Of a DNA stretch of 64,000 nucleotides, positions 1 to 64,000 are shown piece by piece. Source of the stretch: Chrysomallon squamiferum (taxonomy: Eukaryota; Animalia; Mollusca); the NCBI GenBank assembly GCA_012295275.1, contig CM022677.1, positions 21,142,001 through 21,206,000 on the forward strand. The letters run 5' to 3'. Made by a program: the position numbers and the translations under genes. How positions within the stretch are numbered: position 1 is the first letter of the stretch; each line of letters begins with the position of its first letter. Below the pieces are notes generated by a model, which saw only the letters and a list, made by a program, of their open reading frames with translations, did no database searches and was not told the origin of the DNA.

Positions 1-107
1 AAATGCACAACTAACATTCAGTATAACAGTTATTTTAAATATACAAATAATATATAAGCAATACTAAACTATTAAATAAAAGGAAATATTAATTTTGAGA
101 ATACTAC

Positions 108-7174
<7,067 letters not shown>

Positions 7175-8224
7175 AATATGTTCTTAGAAAAACCGGTTTA
7201 CGTCAATATAACAATGGCCAGCGTGTTTTGGAGACCTGTAAATAAAATTTAAAATGTTAATAACGAAATACTGAAAGATTATACAGAAAGATCTTGATGG
7301 AAATTGGAGAGGAAGAAAAATGTGTGCACTTGTTTGTGTGTATGTGCAAGTCCAAACATAGAAAGTAAGTAAGTAAGTAAGTAAGTAAACAAATAAATCA
7401 TTAATCCGCCCAAACAATTGAAGGTTACACTCCAGAAAAATAATTAACTTCGTTTCTTGTTCTAGAATAATTAAAAATTGTAGAATAATTAAAAAGTTAC
7501 AAGAAAAACATCTAAAACGAAGGCATCTTCATGAAAAATTAAAGTTTAAATTCTTAATTTTTTATCATTATAATCATCAGCATTATTATTATTGTTATTA
7601 TCATCATCATCATCATTATTATCATCATTACTATTTAAATTCTTATTCAAACCCCATGGCTTACACGATCAGATTAAGTTTGAAATGTGTCAGCAGCTAT
7701 TCTGTGATAAAAGTAAACAGATTTTAGTGAGCTGATAATCGTAGATTTCTGCTATTCCATTACCATGTGGAAACTGTGAGTCTAATAGTGTTAACATCAG
7801 GCAAAATTTTAAAAAGAAATTTCAACGAAAATAAATTAAGTAAGTTCGACCTATTATGACAACCAAGAAAGGATAAAGCGATATCCAGAATATTTCAAAT
7901 GCGGACAGATCTCTATTATTATAATATCTCATAAAATATTGGTCACACTTGCATTTAGGTTTGTGGTTGACGTTTGCTCAAGAAAGTTCATGCTTAAGAT
8001 AAAAGTTAATGAATTAAAAATGGCTTCTACTTATGACAATATCCAAAATGTCGGAAAGCTAAATTTATAATCTCACTGTCATTTTCGAATCGTAATAATA
8101 ATGTTAAAATAATATAAAACTGAAACGGAGGTGAATTTTAACAAAACAAATGAATTAAATACAATTATGTTTGTGAATTCTGTAACAAACTGATATAAAT
8201 ATAATAAAATTTTGTTTCGCTTAC

Positions 8225-8299
8225 CTTTGTCCCTGTCTGAATAGATTTCGTGTTACGTGTATGATTTTGTGGACGTCATTTCTGCTTACGTCATAACAC
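8225..8299 (-). promoter_or_regulatory. Candidate 5'UTR exon / proximal promoter of gene B with two CRE/ATF-like sites
   Basis: Donor AAG|GTAAG at 8225/8224; TGACGTAA and TGACGTCC motifs on the minus strand at ~8271-8293. Confidence 0.35.
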
Positions 8300-8380
8300 C
8301 TGATAGAAAGTTTGTTTAAAAATATTTAAACAAAGAAGCCATTGTAAGGCACGTAGGTTTTGAGGAATAATTGTTATTAA

Positions 8381-8419
<39 letters not shown>

Positions 8420-8645
8420 CTGAAGTGAAAAATGCTTGTGTTAAAAAATGAAAATAAAATAATAATAAAATGTAATTTACCATATAAAACATACTGACAA
8501 ACCTTTTTGAAGTCACGTAAGCAAGTATATTTATAGTACTAATTTTTGATAAATCCATCTCTGTATTATTATTAATAATGGTAGCAGTAGCAGTAGTAGT
8601 AGCAGTAGTAGTAGTAGTAGTTGTTGTTGTTGTTGTATTGTACTA

Positions 8646-9042
8646 CAGGTACCGGTGAAATTATCCGGACTGCTTGGGGCTGAGGCATTCCGGATTTTGT
8701 GGATTTTCCGGTTTTCTGGTACCAAGGCATCTAAATACGTAAATAATTAGACATAAACATTTTAAAATTAAAAATAACTGTGGCGACTCGACACGTAAAC
8801 AATGCGGCGAGTGAATGAACGCCACGCGGCTTGAAAGAGTAGTTCCGGTCTGGTGAGGACAACACCCGCGCGCGCGAACTATGAAAATAGCGTCGGCTAT
8901 GAAAATGTCGTCATTTACAGGAAAATTTTTTTTTTTTTTTTTTACTGTTTTAATATATATATTATTTTTTTTTTACTGAAATATCTAAATATCTATGTAT
9001 GTAATTATACATCTTGAATAACTCCGGATTTTGATGATACCC
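8646..9042 (+). mobile_element. Degenerate, longer copy of the MITE at 40967-41214
   Basis: Begins TA|CAGGTACCGG; shares tgaggcattccggattt...taccaaggcatctaaatacgtaaataatt...cgactcgacacgt with the reverse complement of 41020-41214; right end uncertain. Confidence 0.7.
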
Positions 9043-9289
9043 GCTTTGAGCGAAAATAAATTTAAAATAATACATTAATAAATAATCGATATAATTACAT
9101 CAGTGGCAGATTTATCGGACACGAATATGATTAATTTAATCTAAAAGATTACAAACACAAAATGAGAAATTTTGTTTGACGTTCTTTTGATGTAGGACTG
9201 AATAAATAACTAAAACAGTCTATGATATTAGATTATGGCAGAAATGTAGAAACTTTTTATAAATAAATAAATAAATAGTGTGCCAAAGC

Positions 9290-10385
9290 CAGATCTTCAT
9301 AAACCGTATCAGTAATGGTACCATCGTCATAAAATGTATAATTTTTGTGTTATATTAATCAATTTTATCATTGCCATTATATTATCGTCATAAACTGTAT
9401 CACTGTCATTATGCAGCCTGCATAAGCGTATCATTTTTCATTATAAATCTTCATAAACTGTATCAATAATTATATTATCTTCATAAATGTTGTCTTCATA
9501 AATTGTATCACTATCATTATATTATCGTCAAAAACTGTATCACTGTCTTTATATTGTATTCATTAAGTGCATCGATATCGCCAAACTATCGTAATAAATT
9601 GTGTCCTCTATCTTCATAATTATTAGCTTCATAAAGAGTATCACTGTACTTGTGTTATCTTTATAACCTGTATTATTCTGATACATCGCGTATACTCTTT
9701 ATAATCATCGTTATAATGTGTTCATTAACTATGCCATTGTCGTTGATAATCTGTCATTTTCATTTTATTGTTTGCATTACGAGTATCGCTGTTATTATAT
9801 CATGTTCGTAAACAGTATCATTGTTTTCGTCTTCATTATATTATCGTTTGTATTACCATCATAAACTGTATCACTGTCATTCTGTTATCTTGATAAACTG
9901 TAGCATGGTTGTTATGTTATCTTGATAAACTGTAACATTGTTGTTATGTTATCTTGATAAACTGTAACATGGTTGTTATGTTATCTTGATAAACTGTAAC
10001 ATGGTTGTTATGTTATCTTCGTAGACTTTATCATTGTTATTCTGTTATCTTGATAAACTGTAACATGGTTGTTATGTTATCTTCGTAGACTTTATCATTG
10101 ATATTGTGTTATCTTGATAAACTGTAACATGGGTGCTATGTTATCTTGATAAACTGTTACATGGTTGTTATTTTATCTTCGTAGACTTTATCATTGTTAT
10201 TGTGTTATCTTGATAAACTGTAACATGGTTGTTATGTTATCTTGATAAACTGTAACATGTCTGTTATGTTATCTTGATAAACTGTAACATGGTTGTTATG
10301 TTATCTTGGTAGACTTTATCATTGTTATTGTGTTATCTTGATAAACTCTATCACTGTCACTATATTATCTTTATAAAGAGTATCA
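9290..10385. repeat. 32-bp minisatellite, homogeneous at ~9870-10350 and degenerate to the left
   Basis: Unit GTTATGTTATCTTGATAAACTGTAACATGGTT, interspersed with variant CTTCGTAGACTTTATCATT units. Confidence 0.9.
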
Positions 10386-10758
10386 AGTAAATAAACACCA
10401 TGGTCATCATTCACAATACCTTTCCAAATTAACAATGATTTCAAATGTCAGTGACAAGTCTTCGTAAATGTGAGTGATAAATTACATGTTTACTTTAAGA
10501 GAGTTATATTATCTTCAGTTATTTACAACATTCCACAAATAATAAAATATTATTGTTTTACATAATATTATCGTAATTCAGGAATCTAGAAAAACACAAA
10601 TAATAATAATAATCATAATAACAGTAGCATATAAATAAGCTTTATTTTCATCTGAGTGAATGTCACTGATCCACACAGTCAGCATTACAAGAGTCCGATT
10701 CAGCTGGTCAGCGAAAACTAAAATATACTCGTCTGTCATTCTGCGGACATTTCTCAGT

Positions 10759-64000
<53,242 letters not shown>

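Noticed and set aside
9290-10385. 32-bp periodic array as a CRISPR
   Set aside because: Head-to-tail repeats without unique spacers in a eukaryotic context: a minisatellite.

Overview
AT-rich, microsatellite-saturated eukaryotic DNA from an animal, probably an invertebrate. Almost all long ORFs in the supplied track are low-complexity artefacts. The real coding content is two tandem, paralogous, multi-exon genes on the minus strand. Gene A enters at the right edge and stops at 10759. It encodes a very large single-pass membrane protein: at least two internal 1410-bp LRR exons, 40 intact thrombospondin type-1 (TSP1/TSR) exons plus one frameshifted copy, about 15 frame-preserving Thr/Pro-rich micro-exons of 27-48 nt, a transmembrane exon and a short tail of about 43 aa with no signalling domain. 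Gene B starts at ATG 7174 and runs off the left edge. It has signal peptide + LRR in one exon, followed by at least 8 TSP1 exons. Every internal extracellular exon is symmetric phase 1-1. The N-terminal 'head' of gene A (LRR + TSP a,b,c,d + linkers) is tandemly repeated at least three times. The breakpoint that appears to have turned a signal-peptide-bearing first exon into an internal exon is still visible. The window also holds two copies of a TA-flanked MITE, a 32-bp minisatellite and a duplicated intronic E-box/ETS cluster. Exon coordinates were read by hand from GT-AG boundaries; there is no transcript evidence.
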